From Felis catus (lineage: Eukaryota), in contig NC_058383.1 in assembly GCF_018350175.1 (NCBI RefSeq), forward strand, positions 11,348,001 through 11,412,000: 64,000 nt of DNA. The letters are read 5' to 3'. Positions 24,739-37,253 of this stretch are shown piece after piece. The notes under the pieces are model-generated. The model did not search any database, was not told the origin of the DNA, and saw only the letters and a list, made by a program, of their open reading frames with translations. Positions within the stretch are counted from its first letter, which is position 1, and every line of letters starts with the position of its first letter. Both the position numbers and the translations under genes were made by a program.

Positions 24739-24954
24739 TTTTTAATGTTTATTTATTTTTGAGAGAGAGAGAGAGAGAGAGAGACAGTACGAGCGGGGGA
24801 GGGGCAGAGAGAGAGAGGGAGACAGAATCCGAAGCAGGTTCCAGTCTCTGAGCTGTCAGCACAGAGCCCGATGCGGGGCTGGAACTCACAAACTGGGAGA
24901 TCATGCCCTGAGCCGAAGATGGACGCTTCACTGACTGAGCCCCCCAGGCGCCCC
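24739..24954 (-). mobile_element. CanSINE within an L2 (~24130-25110)
   Basis: SINE hallmarks; TSD-like tgct(g/a)ttatgca; L2 3' end aagcaagctccatgaaggcag...agtgcctggcac. Confidence 0.9.
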
Positions 24955-25109
24955 GTGCTATTATGCACTTTACTTGCGTTTTGTGTATTGTTGGTCCCCT
25001 CCTAGCAGAAAGCAAGCTCCATGAAGGCAGAAGGTTTTGTCTCTTTTGTATTCTCAGCACCTACAACCAGTGCCTGGCACTGCATCAGACAAACAAATGA
25101 ACGAACGTA

Positions 25110-26200
25110 GAAAGACGAATATATGAATCTAGAAAGTCGTAACTCTCCCGGAAAAGCCGTTTGCTGAGAAAGTTCCAGACTCAAAAACATACGCATCCTG
25201 TTTATGGGTAAACATCTGTGGATTCCTTCCTTCTTCCCCCGGCCTCCCCGCCCTGGCAGGAGGCTTGAATACAGACTGTTGAGTTCGAATCCAGACACCC
25301 GGCCATGCAAACTTCTGCCCCTCCAAGTATGGAACCCCGGCCTGGGAACCCGTGTCTGAGTCAGAGGCTCCAGCCCGCACCCCTCTCATTTCACCGGACG
25401 TTTCCTGCCCACCACAAGGGTGGCCGCGGGGGTTAATTCCCTAGCTTCACCAATCTGTTTTCTCTTTTTATTTTAGATGCGGGTTCAGCTTTCCAGGTAA
25501 CTTGCTCTCGATTTCCAGAACTCCCCTTCCAGGGCTCCGGCTACGTGAGGGTAGCGAGGTCCCATGTGAGGTGGGGGTGTTTTCCTGAAGGAGCCCCGGG
25601 AGTCCTTTAAAAGCAGCCTGGAGCCCAAGAGGGAACCTTGCAGTGAGTGGAATCGGACTCTGGCCACACGATGGCACTGTGGTCGTTTCTAAGAGGCGGC
25701 GGGCGGCTCAGTTTGAGAAAGCAATTTCCAAACGGTACTCACAGTGGCATTTGAGACCCTGCAGGGAGCGTTAGGAAACGCTAACCCCCGCGCGGTGGGG
25801 AGGCAGGGCTGGGGGCAGGCGTGGGCATCTTCGCCGTGGAGGCCAGGCCCGCAGGGAGGCGGGAGCCAGGAGAGGGGCCAAAAAGGAGTGACCGTGCTTC
25901 TGGGGGCTGGCGTCCTTCCCGGAGGAGGAGGAGGAGGCTGGGTCTCTGCTTACCCGGGGCTTTCAAGGGCAGATCAGCAACCCCGGGGGGTGGGAGTTGG
26001 TTTCCCCAAACCGGCGGGGGGTAGGGATGATCCTGCAGGTGTTTCCTGCTTTCCTCCTTCTGTGCCCCAGTTGGGTCAGTTATTTAAAGTGCGGTTTCAG
26101 CCCCCCACCTCCCCCACCCCGCTCGAGGGCCAGACTGTTTTGTTCATCTTGCGGTTTCCCATAATGTCCAGCGTGGAACAGAGGCTCCCTGAACCGTTGT
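25110..26200. promoter_or_regulatory. CpG/GC-rich promoter- or enhancer-like segment
   Basis: Repeat-free, CpG-rich, GC-box-like tracts (26100-26121), AT-rich box ttatttaaag (26080-26089) and several splice-donor matches. Confidence 0.4.
25477..25496 (+). other. Candidate 20-nt micro-exon
   Basis: Acceptor tgttttctctttttattttAG, exon atgcgggttcagctttccag, donor CAG|GTAACT. Confidence 0.3.
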
Positions 26201-26669
26201 CAGACAGATGCCTGACTGATTGAATGAGTGGATCTTGGGTTTGGGGAAAGAATAGTGAACAGAGAAAAGAGAGAGAGAGAGAGAAAAAAGAGTATTTTCA
26301 AGGGTCTTCTCATCTTTCTGGGATTTTTGCTATTGTTACTGTTACCACCAAATCCTGGCTCTTGATGGTTTGCAAAGGGCTTTTGCTCGTGTTATTTTGT
26401 CCGTCTGCCTGTCCGTCCATGGGCCACCCCACTCCTTGTTTATGCCTCTGTTTGTCCCCGTCACATCCTCCCCGGAATTAGAAGCATTCGGGGACATGCC
26501 CACCTCCCAGCGGGATGGGGATATTTGAGAGCGTCCCGTGGTGTGCAGGACAAAGAAAGAGCTTGGTCGATGCCTGTGGAATGCACGGGCACTAGTGCAG
26601 CCGTCTTCTCCAAGGGACTACAGTCATCATGACTCTCAATCCTTGCATTTCCTCTTTAAGGGAGAGATG

Positions 26670-27090
26670 CTTGGGGCAGGTTCTATTTTCCAAAGATGGC
26701 CACACCAGTACGTATGTTCTGGGGATGTGACCTTGACAGTTCTCCATTGAGAGGTGGTTTCCCTCCCCCTGCAGCTGGGCAGACTTTGTCCTTCATTGCC
26801 CGGTCAACGAATGCCAAGAAAGCGATGCAGGGTGACTCCCGAGACTGGGTCATCAAGGCAGGAAAAGTAGGTCCCAGGCAGGGAGCCTCTCGACTCGTGT
26901 CCTGGGAACCCTGAGCTGACACATAAGACATCCGGTGACCCCGGAGCCTGTATGCGCAAGAGGTCACGAGGAGAGAGCCCTGGGAGGAGCCCCTCTGTTC
27001 CAGCCCCAACCTGCCAGCTGAGGCCTCGGACACCACGGGGCAGAGATGAGACGTCCTGTTGTGCTCTGTCCTCATATCTGATCCAAGGGT
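26670..27090 (+). mobile_element. MLT1 (MaLR) LTR fragments
   Basis: tattttccaaagatggccac...gatgtgaccttgaca...ggggcagagatgag. Confidence 0.6.
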
Positions 27091-28169
27091 TCGAGAACAC
27101 AAGAAGTGGCAGTTTCTCACCGCTACGCCCTGCGGGTGATTGGCCGCAGAGCCCTGGAAACGGGACACTTTGTTCCCCACCTCCCCTTCCCTGGTGAGTG
27201 AGCAGAGGCCTCACCAGCCGTCAGGCGGGCACTCGGACCCTGCTCTGGACTCCCGGCCTGCTGCGCCTTCCAAAGCGCTTTTCCTGCCGTCACCTTTCAC
27301 GGCAGGCTGGAGCTGAAGACGCAGATTCAGTTCAGGGTCACTTGAGGCTGAGGGAAAAGCCTTTGGCCTTGTTCGTACATCAGCGAAGTAGGCAGGAATG
27401 TGGGTTCTGGGGTCCGTCTGGGGTCTAGAGAATGAGGGGGGTACTTGGAATCTGGGCTTTCTGGTCCAGGGTGACTCACAACAACTGGTCTGAGGCTCAG
27501 TGGCCTTAGGAGCCCCGGCCTGCTCTGGGACCCCCTGAAAGCTGCCCGCCCATCCCTGCCAACCTGCCATCAGCTGGCTTGTGAAGATTGATGACTCCAG
27601 TGCTGTCGGCACCAGGCGCCATATTGGAGGGTGCAGCCGAGAGGCCACGGGAGCAGGAAAAAGCCACCAGCCACAGAGTTGCTATGAAGACATGGCCGCT
27701 ATCCATTCGTCTTGGCCATTGACATCCCTTTGGGGAACCTCTCTTAGACCAATTAGTAATCTTGAGGCATGGCAGCCTGGAGAGGGGCTTGTCAGTGGCT
27801 GTGCCCATCAGAGCTGGATTCAGGGATGGCCAGCCCTTCCTGGTGGGAGGGCCGCAGCCTCCCAGCGGCTCTGCGTAACAAGCTGCTGGGCTCCCCTTCT
27901 CCGAGATGAGCAGCGATGTCTCCATCTGGGCTCAGGGGACGTTGACAAGGAGACTTTCCATGGCAACCACAGAAGCGTGATGTTGGCTGTGACTTTCAGT
28001 CCTGGTGGGCATCAGATACCGCAGGCAGACTTGGCAAGCCCCACAGCCACCGAGAGCTGCGTGGCTGTAAGTCCTGAAGGGTGTCTGCTCCTCAGAGTAT
28101 GGGTTCCTAGAGAAGTCCCTTTTTCAAGTCCGGTTTGGACCCCCCCCAGGTGGAGGCAGTAGCGGTCAG

Positions 28170-28251
28170 GAGGAGACTTTGATACAGAGAGCAATAATGT
28201 AATCTCTGTCGAGGAGACTTTGATACAGAGGGCAATAATGTAACCTCTGTC
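28170..28251. repeat. Tandem duplication, 2 x 41 bp, each with a 7-bp hairpin stem
   Basis: gaggagactttgatacagag(a/g)gcaataatgtaa(t/c)ctctgtc twice. Confidence 0.95.
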
Positions 28252-28499
28252 GGCAGTTGTGGTGTGCTGTATGTAGCTTTGACCTTGTTTGTATCGAAGT
28301 AGCAACGTGGTTGTCATTGACGGAGGCCGTGATGCCCGCGATTCGCACTGATCGTAATGCTGAGCCATCCGGAAGCCATTGTGTTGTCGGGATGTGTGGT
28401 CATCCCAGTGTTGGCTTCATGGAGGCTGTGATGTGTCTTGTCCTAATGCTGGCGGACTCTGTGCTGGCAGTGTTAGGGCGGTCGCCCCCCTTTGCTCTG

Positions 28500-29160
28500 T
28501 TCTGAATAGTTCAACCTGTGCTTCTCAGACTTTGCGACACATTGCGATTCCTCGGGGGGGGGGGGGGGTCTTGTGAAGCTGTAGGTTCTGATCCAGCAGA
28601 TCTGGTGTAGGGCGGAGAGTCTACATCTGTAACGACCTCCCAGTGGGACCAGTGCTCCCGGTTCTGTGGACCCCACCCTGAGAAGCAAGGCTTGCCCAGA
28701 CCAGCACTACCCAACAGAACCTTCCCCAGTGTTGGCGATATTCTATTTCCACACCATTCAGTATGGCAGCCACCAGCCACGCGTGGCCCCTGAGCACTTG
28801 ATATGTAACTGGTGTGAACGAGGAGTTGACTTTCCAGTTTTGTTTGATTTTCACTGATTAGCGAAAATCGCATGATTAGTGGCTATCGTGTTGGACAAGA
28901 TAGGTCTTGTACAGTCTGTGCCGTGGTGTGTATGGCAGTTCCCCGAGGCCTTGTTAAAACACAGATTGCTGGGCTCCACCCCCAGGAGGTCCGGATTGGG
29001 CCCCGAGGATTTGCATCTCTAACAGGCTCCCGGATTGGGCCCCGAGGATTTGCATCTCTAACAGGCTCCCGGATTGGGCCCCGAGGATTTGCATCTCTAA
29101 CAGGCTCCTGGGTGACTTCGCTGATGCTGTAGGTTTGGGGATGGCATTCTGAGAACCACG
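28500..29160. mobile_element. Cluster of hAT DNA transposons: MER5A-like, MER3-like (~28705-28900), MER5A-like
   Basis: cagtatggcagccaccagccacgcgtggcccctgagcacttga (MER3); atttgcatctctaacaggctc...tctgagaaccac (MER5A). Confidence 0.7.
28991..29107. repeat. Perfect 3 x 39-bp tandem repeat inside MER5A
   Basis: ccggattgggccccgaggatttgcatctctaacaggctc at 28991, 29030 and 29069. Confidence 0.97.
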
Positions 29161-30334
29161 CCATCTGAACACCCCTGCAAGCCAAGAAGCTCTGTGCCTC
29201 GTCAGTGTTAGATTCGATCCAAACTGACCCCTAGTGGAGTCCATCAAGGGATATCTTGTGGGAGGTTGAGGTGGGAGCATGGTTTAGAAACAGATAGAGG
29301 GATCCCGAATTAAGGCTGCCCTCCATGAACTCAGAGGCACCTAGCTGGGAGGGACCTTAGAGATGATCTGATTTGTACTCGCAGTTTACAAATGGGGAAA
29401 CTGAGGCCCAGCCAAGCACAGTTGACCGTGAACCCAGCATTAGGACCCAGGTGTCCAGAATCCTAACCCAGCGCGGATGCCTCTATGCCGCACTGCCTCT
29501 GTGCCTGAGCTGGGCTAAGAGAGTGGCCGGGGCATGGACTTTGCAGGTGTCACTTGCAGAGAACAGGAACTCTCTTCGGGGATGAGGCAGGGCCCTTGGC
29601 GCTGCATTCTCCGGCCAAAAAGAGGAGGCAGCTCTGGGTGCCCTCCCTGGGTCCAGGATTCACCACCCAGAGGCTACAGCACTGTGATTTCTCCCCTCCT
29701 TTGGTATCCCTCTGGGAGATTTGGTTGCTTGGCAATTTAGCAGCTGTGGTTACAAAAGAAAAAAAAAAAAGAGAACAGGGGAACATTGAAATCACTAGTG
29801 GCAATGCAATTCTGAGGACCTTACGCACGTATTTCAATAATCTATGGTGTTCTGTTCCCAGTGCTGAATGCGTGAGGACAGATACACCACGGTGACAAAA
29901 TTGCTGTCATCTATCAAACTCCCGCTGTGAGCCAGACACAGGATCAAGTCCTTTATATTCCCGATCTCATTAAAACTTCACAAAAAGCCTACGAGGTAGA
30001 TGTTATTGTTACCATTTTTTAGATAGGAAAATGAAGGTCTAGGGTGATTAAGTAAGCAGCCCGGGTCGCACGGCTGGTAAATGGAAGGATGGAGACTTGA
30101 ATACAGTCTGCCTTCTGCTAAATTCTGGATCTTTCTCACTGTGCCAATGGGATGTAAACAGGAAGGTGCTGTGAGCCCCCTCCCCCTGTCCTGCTTTTGG
30201 GGGCTGGCTCTTCTGTGCGGTGTCGTCCTCCAGATGTACACCCTGCCTGCCCCAATCCTGCTTAACATCCAAGAATGAAGACATTTGAAGAATGAACCCT
30301 CGGCCTGGCCCTGAGCCAGGGAGCCAGGTGCTTA

Positions 30335-30790
30335 AGTCTGAATGGTTTTAGTTATAAGTTACAGAAACCTAAATTAAAAGAAAAAAGACACGTTGCTGGC
30401 TTGTGTCCCAGGGAAGTTCAAGGGAGATGAATACGGTCTACAGGTATGGTTGGATCCAGGGTTTCAATCCATGAATCATTGGGAGTCTCTCTCTTTTTCA
30501 TTTCCCGGTTATTTTTCCCCAGGTGGGTTCCTTTCTCAGGCAGCCTCTCCCCATGTGCTGGCCTCCAACAGCTGTGGATTTACATCGTCCGTAAAGCTGG
30601 GGAATCCTCGGGAAAAGAAAGCAACCTCACCCATCCACAACTGCAGCCAAAGTCCCAAGGATGACTCCCATTGGTTCAGCGCAGGTCATGTGGCCTTCCA
30701 CCCACCAATCACTGCAGCCAGGGGCACAGAGGCGGCGGCTAGGCAGACCTGAGTCTCGTAACTACTCCAGAAGGTGGGGCTGGGATCGGT
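30335..30790 (-). mobile_element. Old MLT1 (J/K/L-like) LTR
   Basis: ttagttataagttacagaaacc...ggttggatccagggtttcaa...ccaatcactgcagccagggg. Confidence 0.6.
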
Positions 30791-32589
30791 CCCATCTGAG
30801 CGTTTCTTTGTATATTCTGTTACTGGAAGGAAACATTAAAAAGCCCTCTACGAGTTCTAGCATCTGCTAAGCTGGTCTACACGGTGAATGGAAGGCACCT
30901 TCTCTGCCAGTACAATGGCCTGGAATTGGGTTCCTCCAGGTGTGGTGCTACTTCTGGGTGGTTATTGGAACCTCAGCTCCGTTTAACCTCCGAACTGCAT
31001 CGTACATCCTCCGGATGGCAACACGAGCCTCGCCTTCTAGAGTCTCACCACACCCCATAGACCTGGTCACCTGGATTGCTGGCTCTGGGGGTGGGGGCGG
31101 GGGCGGGGAGGGCAGAGGTGTGTGTCCTAACCTCCTGGTTTCATGGCTTCTCCTTGACCTCTCCTTGGTGGCAGTCCTCCCGAGCCCCCACTATCCCCTG
31201 TGAGCAAACCTCCCGCCAGACATTATCAGGGAGAAGTTCCCTGAAGGAACCTGACCTTCACCTTTCAAGGTACCTGGATAATATCTGGTCGGCTGAACAT
31301 GTCTCTGGGTCGCTCAGAAGTCGAACGTGGCCATTGTGATCTGCAAGATCCAGATTTTGGCGATCCATTTCTTTGTTCCTTCATTTCTTTATTTTCCCAA
31401 GCACTGATTATTGGCAGGCCCTATCAGCCTGTCCCCCTGGGGGACAAGCCAGGCTTCGTGATGATCTCTTGGGTCCTAGCTCCTGGGATGAAGTTCCCGA
31501 ACCTAATACCCACCACGCCCCCACACTCCTCTTTCTGCCCTGTGATGAGCCTGGCATCGCTTCCGCGTGCCTTGTCGTTAAAGTGCCCTGATGTAGGGCA
31601 GGGATGGTTAGCACGCATGGGGGACGCAGAACAAAGGAGTAAAGACAGGCTAGCGAGGACAGCCACCACCTGATTTGGCAGCCTTCTTGGGAAGAAAGGA
31701 AAAAGGCACGGGAGGGATGTCAGGTGAGTGGGGACAGGGTGCTTGTGGGGAAAGGGGTTGCTTGCGCATCTTCAAAATATGTATATTGCGTGCATTTAAG
31801 CACCGTTACCAAAAGGAACGGCCAACAGATACACATTCAACTAACGCTTTGCCTCTACACCCAGACATGGCGTCATAGTGCTTCCTCTGTGTCAGGTGTG
31901 AAGTTCTACGTGTGCTATATATTGGTTTTAGTTCTCGTAAATCATTCCGTGCCAAAGGCGTGAGCCGTCATGGAGTGTCAGGGGCGGGATTTGAACTCAG
32001 GTCTCCCTGACCGCTCCCCCCCGCCACGCCCCCCCCCCCCCCCCCCCAAGCCAAAGGCACCATTTTTGTAAACGCAGCGGCGGAAGAAACCCTTGAAGGT
32101 TCTGGGACAAGGAGAGGACTGGAAACTCAGTGGCGGGGCGTGACGTGTGACAGAGGCCGGGGGAGGCTGGCCCCTCACAAGGCGGCCACAGTGGGTCGGT
32201 TCTGCACGGAGGCAAGTGACAAGGCACTCCGGTCTGGGCTCCGAGGGTTTCCAGTGGACACAATGGGCCATTGAGAGGCTGGGAAGCTTCCTGGAAAGGG
32301 GGTGCTGAGTCAGGAGTGGCATCTGAAAAAGGTAACTTTTGCAACTGGGTGCAAGATAGGATTTCAGAGAAGCCGGAGGAGGGTGGTGTTTGGGAGGAAA
32401 TGGGGGGGGAGCAGAGATTCTATGCGCTGCCTCGATTCTCAGATGAATCTGGACCTTCCAGCTGATGGGGAAGTGGCCTTGACCTCGGCCTCTTTCTTTT
32501 CTGCCCCCCCCCCTTCCTTCCAGGAGAGTCCTGGAGGCCTTGGCAAGGGCAGTGAATGCTTCCTTCTCCTGGCAAAGGAGCCGTGGTAG

Positions 32590-33070
32590 CCGGGTCATGC
32601 CTCGAGGGGCTTTAATTTCTCCCGGACAACAAGGCAAAGTCCTTACAGGCCTGGCTAGCACTTCCTCCTGCACAAGTATTTACGAGCTGAGAGACTTAAG
32701 ATCATAAGGCTCCCATATTGCGCCTTATTTATTTCTTCCTTTTAAAGCCCGCAACCGAAGACAATGTTTTCTCCATAAGAGAAACTTCAAAGATCCTGGA
32801 GGACAACACAACTAAAAATTATCGAGGGGGGGGGGGGCATCGCACACATCCTGAGTAGCGGCGCAAAAGAATGTGCCGAAGCCGGGCCGGTGCCTTCAAA
32901 GTGGAAAGATCTCTTTGTTTATCTACACGGCTTCCCATCAGATGCGAGACCGAAGCTGTTAGCCATTTAGCCGCGGCCATCTGTAGGGCAGGCCCGCCAA
33001 CCAGATTCCTTTTCATCCAGAGAAGGGCTTTCAGGAACCATTGAAGGCATCTCCGCCCTTAACTAAAAAT
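32590..33070. promoter_or_regulatory. Candidate enhancer/conserved element
   Basis: Repeat-free and CpG-retaining; TTTACGAG (HOX13-type), two TTCAAAG (TCF/LEF), TGTTTAT (FOX), ACAAT (SOX). Confidence 0.4.
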
Positions 33071-33717
33071 GTAAAGCGTCCTCCTGGCTGCTGTTGAGGG
33101 GCCAGGTGGCCTCATGATCTCCCGTGAGGAGCATGTGGGAGCTATTTAGGGCAGTTACGTAGAGAGACCGAGTGGACGTTCCCGAGAGCCTTGGGCCCGC
33201 GTTTACTAGTGGGCTTGGCACGTTTGAACCTGCTGAGCCTCAGTTTGATCACCTGTTAATTGGGATGATGATGTCTGCCCAGACGGTTTCATACTTGAAA
33301 AGGTCCAATGACGTCATGTTTCATTTGTGTGTGTAGCGGGGGGGGGGGGGGGGGAGGGGGGAGGGCGTGCACCCACATCCCTGCTTTAGAGAGAGGATTT
33401 CTGCTTTTCTGTGTTTTCATTCCTTCCCTCGGGAGGGGAGAGGCTTGCCTCGTGGGCCAGAGCTTGGAGGCCCCGGATTGGGGTTTACCAGAGGGTCCAC
33501 GAATGCTCCAGCATTCCAGCCCCACCTGCCCAACAGAGCCACATGGCCTCGGGGGACCTCATCACGCAGCCAGCTGTGGATGGCCTTGGATGTGGGGTCC
33601 GCGGCCCACAGCACACCCATGGGCCAGCTCTACTTGTGAGGGTCCCAAGGTGGACCTCACTGCGCCTTGTGTTTTGGAGGTGACTGGGCACTTTCCTGGT
33701 GGGAATCCAATGGCTCT

Positions 33718-34415
33718 TTTTTTTTTTTTTTTTTTTTAATATAATCTATTGTCAAATTGGCTTCCATACAACACCCCGCGCTCATCCCAACAGGTGCCCT
33801 CCTCCATGCCCATCACCCACTTTCCCCTCCCCCCCATCCCCATCAACCCTCAGTTTGTTCTCTGTCTTTAAGAGTCTCTTACGGTTTGCCTCCCTCCCTA
33901 TCTGTTTGTAACTCCCCCCGCCCCCAACCCTTCCCCCATGGTCTAGTGTTAAGTTTCTCAAGTTCCACCTATGAGTGAAAACATATGATATCTTTCTCTG
34001 CCTGACATTTCACTTAGCATAACACCCTCCAGTTCCATCCACGTTGCTACAAACGGCCATATTTCATTCTTTCTCATTGCCACGTAGTATTCCATTGTGG
34101 AGATAAACCACAACTTCTTTATCCGTTCGTCAGTGGATGGACGTTTAGGCTCCATCATCTGGCTACTGTTGAAAGTGCTGCTATAAACATTGGGGTACAA
34201 GTGCCCCCATGCATCAGCACTCCTGTATCCCTTGGGTAAATTCCTAGCAGTGCTATTGCTGGGTCGTAGGGTAGGTCTATTTTTAATGTTTTGAGGAACC
34301 TCCACACTGTTTTCCAGAGCGGCTGCACCCGTTTGCATTCCCACCAACAGGGCAAGAGGGTTCCCGTATCTCCGCATCCTCGCCAGCATCTGTTGTTTCC
34401 TGACTTGTTCATTTT
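33718..34415 (-). mobile_element. 5'-truncated carnivore/feline L1: ORF2 C-terminus (frameshifted), 3' UTR and poly(A)
   Basis: Translation [55 protein letters not shown] and MEYY..NEIWPFVATWMELEGVMLSE match L1 ORF2 cysteine-rich end; T run ~33717-33737; TSD cca(a/g)tggctctttt at 33707 and 34416. Confidence 0.95.
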
Positions 34416-36014
34416 CCAGTGGCTCTTTTGGAGCCCAGCTGGCTGGTGATCTCTGGGTGAGAAGGAAGGAGTGAGTGTCAGGCTTGTCCCCTATGGGGAC
34501 AGAAGGCATTATTCGGGGTTCGTTATGGCATCCATATGGAGGACTGGCTCCTGGCGAAATTGTGAACATTACCAAGTATATTATTGGGCCCCTGGCCTCC
34601 TCTTTCTGCACTCACGTTTAGACTTTTCTGCCACTGCTTTCTGGAGAGGCCCCGATGCATTGAAGCCCTGCTTTCTGGAAATACCCGGATGCCAGTCATC
34701 TATAGCTTAAAGAGAATTGAAGTTCATGTATCTTCTGTCTCCAGTGCATTTGCATTTAAAGCTCAGTGCTCATTACAGAAGGCAAGCCTCAATTATCGGC
34801 TAGAAAGATTTATCAAGAGAGTTCCGGGGAAGGATTCTCTGATAGTTTGCCCCTCAGATTTCCCTCTCTGTTTCCTAAGTGGAAAACCGGCCCAGTCCAG
34901 CGTCTCTGAGAACACAGGGGCTTGATCCTGACACTCCTCTTGGGACACACTTAAAGTCCTTTTAAAGACCTGTCTCTGCTGTTAGTTTTAAGGAAGGAGT
35001 CACAGCTGACAGTTTCAGTCTCTCTCTCGGCGAATCTTTTGAGATCCATTTATGTGACCCATTGGCCTCTGAACAGGAAAATCACAGCAGCACGTGACAG
35101 CAGCCCCGGAATGGCTGAAAAGTAGAAGAAAGAAATGGTACAGTTAGTTTATCTGTAATTGTTCCTCCAAGAAAGATGGGGCACTGACCGTGTTCAAACA
35201 ACCAGTTCTACTGGATTAATCCACATTTACTGCGGCCTTACTCTGTGCCAAGCCCTGGGCCTGCCCTCTCTGCCTTTAAGTTTGTATTTATCTGACAAGG
35301 GCGCTCTTACCACATCCACTTTTCCGAGGAAGAAACGAAGGGTTAGAGAGATAAGAGCCTGCCCAAGTCCCCCCAGCTGGTAAGAAGTCAGAGGTGGGGC
35401 ACAGGCTCAGGTCTGTCAGAGCTGATGCTTAAGCCTCCGCCCTTGACCATCAGTGGATTTCTCCTCCAGCTTTGCTGATGTGCCAGAAGTTCTACTCAAG
35501 CGTGCCTGTGAGTGAGAGAAAATCAACCGGAGTGGCTGAACCAAGCCCAGCGTGTATTTCCCCCACGTAATCAGGAGCTCACAGAGCGATCCGGGGAGGA
35601 TTCAGGTCCTTCCATCATTCTGCCGCATCATCCCTGGCACGCGTCTTCCGTCCTCGTGGTCACAATGTGGCTGCTGCACTTCACTGCTCTGCACCTGCAT
35701 TCCAGGTGGAAAGAAGGAGGAAGGGATTTCTTCTTGGTGGGCTTCATCCTTTGGACCTGGAGGAGCCGTGGTCCCTACAAAATTTCTGTGTCTGTCTCCT
35801 CGTCCAGAGCTATGTCACTGCGTCATTCTTAGCTGAAGTGGAGACTCAAGATAGAAAACAGTTTAGCTTTCTAAAATAGAGGGAGGGAAGAAACCCAGGA
35901 CCGGGAATAGTCAGGGGAAGCCAACCTACAGTTTCTGCTCAGCTTACAGCATGACTGCATTGCAGAGCCCAGGTTTTCCCTCGAGGGGGAGTTTCTTTAA
36001 ATGAACACACTGTC

Positions 36015-36243
36015 GGGGCGCCTGGGTGGCACGGTCGGTTAAGCGTCCGACTTCAGCCAGGCCACGATCTTGCGGTCCGTGAGTTCAAGCCCTGCGTCAG
36101 GCTCTGGGCTGATGGCTCAGAGCCTGGAGCCTGTTTCTGATTCTGTGTCTCCCTCTCTCTCTGCCCCTCCCCCGTTCATGCTCTGTCTCTGTCTGTCCCA
36201 AAAAATAAATAAAAAACGTTGAAAAAAAAAATTAAAAAAAAAT
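36015..36243 (+). mobile_element. Young-type CanSINE
   Basis: Full length; TSD taaatgaacac(a/g)ctgt; variant with cttcagccagg and ggctgatggctcag. Confidence 0.95.
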
Positions 36244-36739
36244 AAATGAACACGCTGTGCTGAATCAGCCCCTGCTTTCCTTGGTCCCTTCTGGGGGAGG
36301 CATGCATCCTTCTTCTTGTAGACCCAGCCCCGCAGATGCCTGAATCAGCCCCAGAGCACCAGAGGGTGGGGGCAGGCATTGGTCTTGTGGGAGCTGAGGG
36401 TTTTTTACGTAGTATTTCGAGGTTAGTCTTTCCCGCCCTCTGCTCCCCGTCAGTCTGGCTAGAAATCTCTGACTTGAATTCAAGTTTCCGGGCCATACGC
36501 CCTAGCTTGTTGGACTATGGGGGTCAGGCATCGTCGCTGGGACTTTTCACCTGTAGCCACTCCGCAAAGGTGGGATGGACCCATCCGCTCCCCAGATTTG
36601 GCTCCGATTCTGAGACTGAGGGTGCCATGGGTGTACTAAGAGAATGTAAAAGGACTTACCGATCCCCTCATGAGGCCTTCTGGGGGCAGTATCTGCTCTG
36701 GCAATGGCATGCGAGACGACCAGCTCGGGGGTTCTAAGG

Positions 36740-37090
36740 TGGTGTCCTGGCCAGCCTGGGTGGCAACAGTCGGGTACAGGACGTCACACACTGGGTGGCT
36801 CGGACGACAGAAATTTCCTCGCACAGCTCTGGAGGCTGGGAGGTCCAAGACCGAGGTGCTGGGAGTGAGACCCTGCTTCCTGGCTCGGGGATGATCATCT
36901 CCTGGGGGTGTCCTCACAGGGCGGAAGGGGCGAGGGAGCTCCGTGGGGTCTCTTTTACAAGGTCGTGAATCCCATTCACGGGGGGCTCCACCTTCCTGAC
37001 CGCATCACCTCCCAAAGACCTCCCCTCTGAATAGCATCACCCTGGGGGGTTATGAATTTTGGGAGGGACTCCATTCAGTCCCCCGCAGGC
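36740..37090 (-). mobile_element. MLT1A-like MaLR LTR
   Basis: cagaaatttcctcgcacagctctggaggctgggaggtccaaga...atcacctcccaaagacc...tgaattttgggagggac. Confidence 0.8.
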
Positions 37091-37253
37091 GGTCAGGGGG
37101 TGGGACAGAGTGAGAACTCCTGTGCGTCTGTGGGTTGATCTTCCCACCTGTGCCAGAGCGGGGAGGACCTGGGTTTTCTCATCCCAGTGCCCCGATGCGG
37201 GGCAGAAGCAGGAAGAGGAACGTGAGTGTAACATCAAAAATGGAACCAGGTTC

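Noticed and set aside
31978..32673. 231-aa ORF, and similarly 37277-37978 and 27581-28162
   Set aside because: No homology I can recognise, low-complexity or SINE-derived ends, non-ATG or weak starts
33958..34611. 217-aa ORF as a host gene
   Set aside because: Chimeric frame running through a truncated, frameshifted L1 ORF2 end
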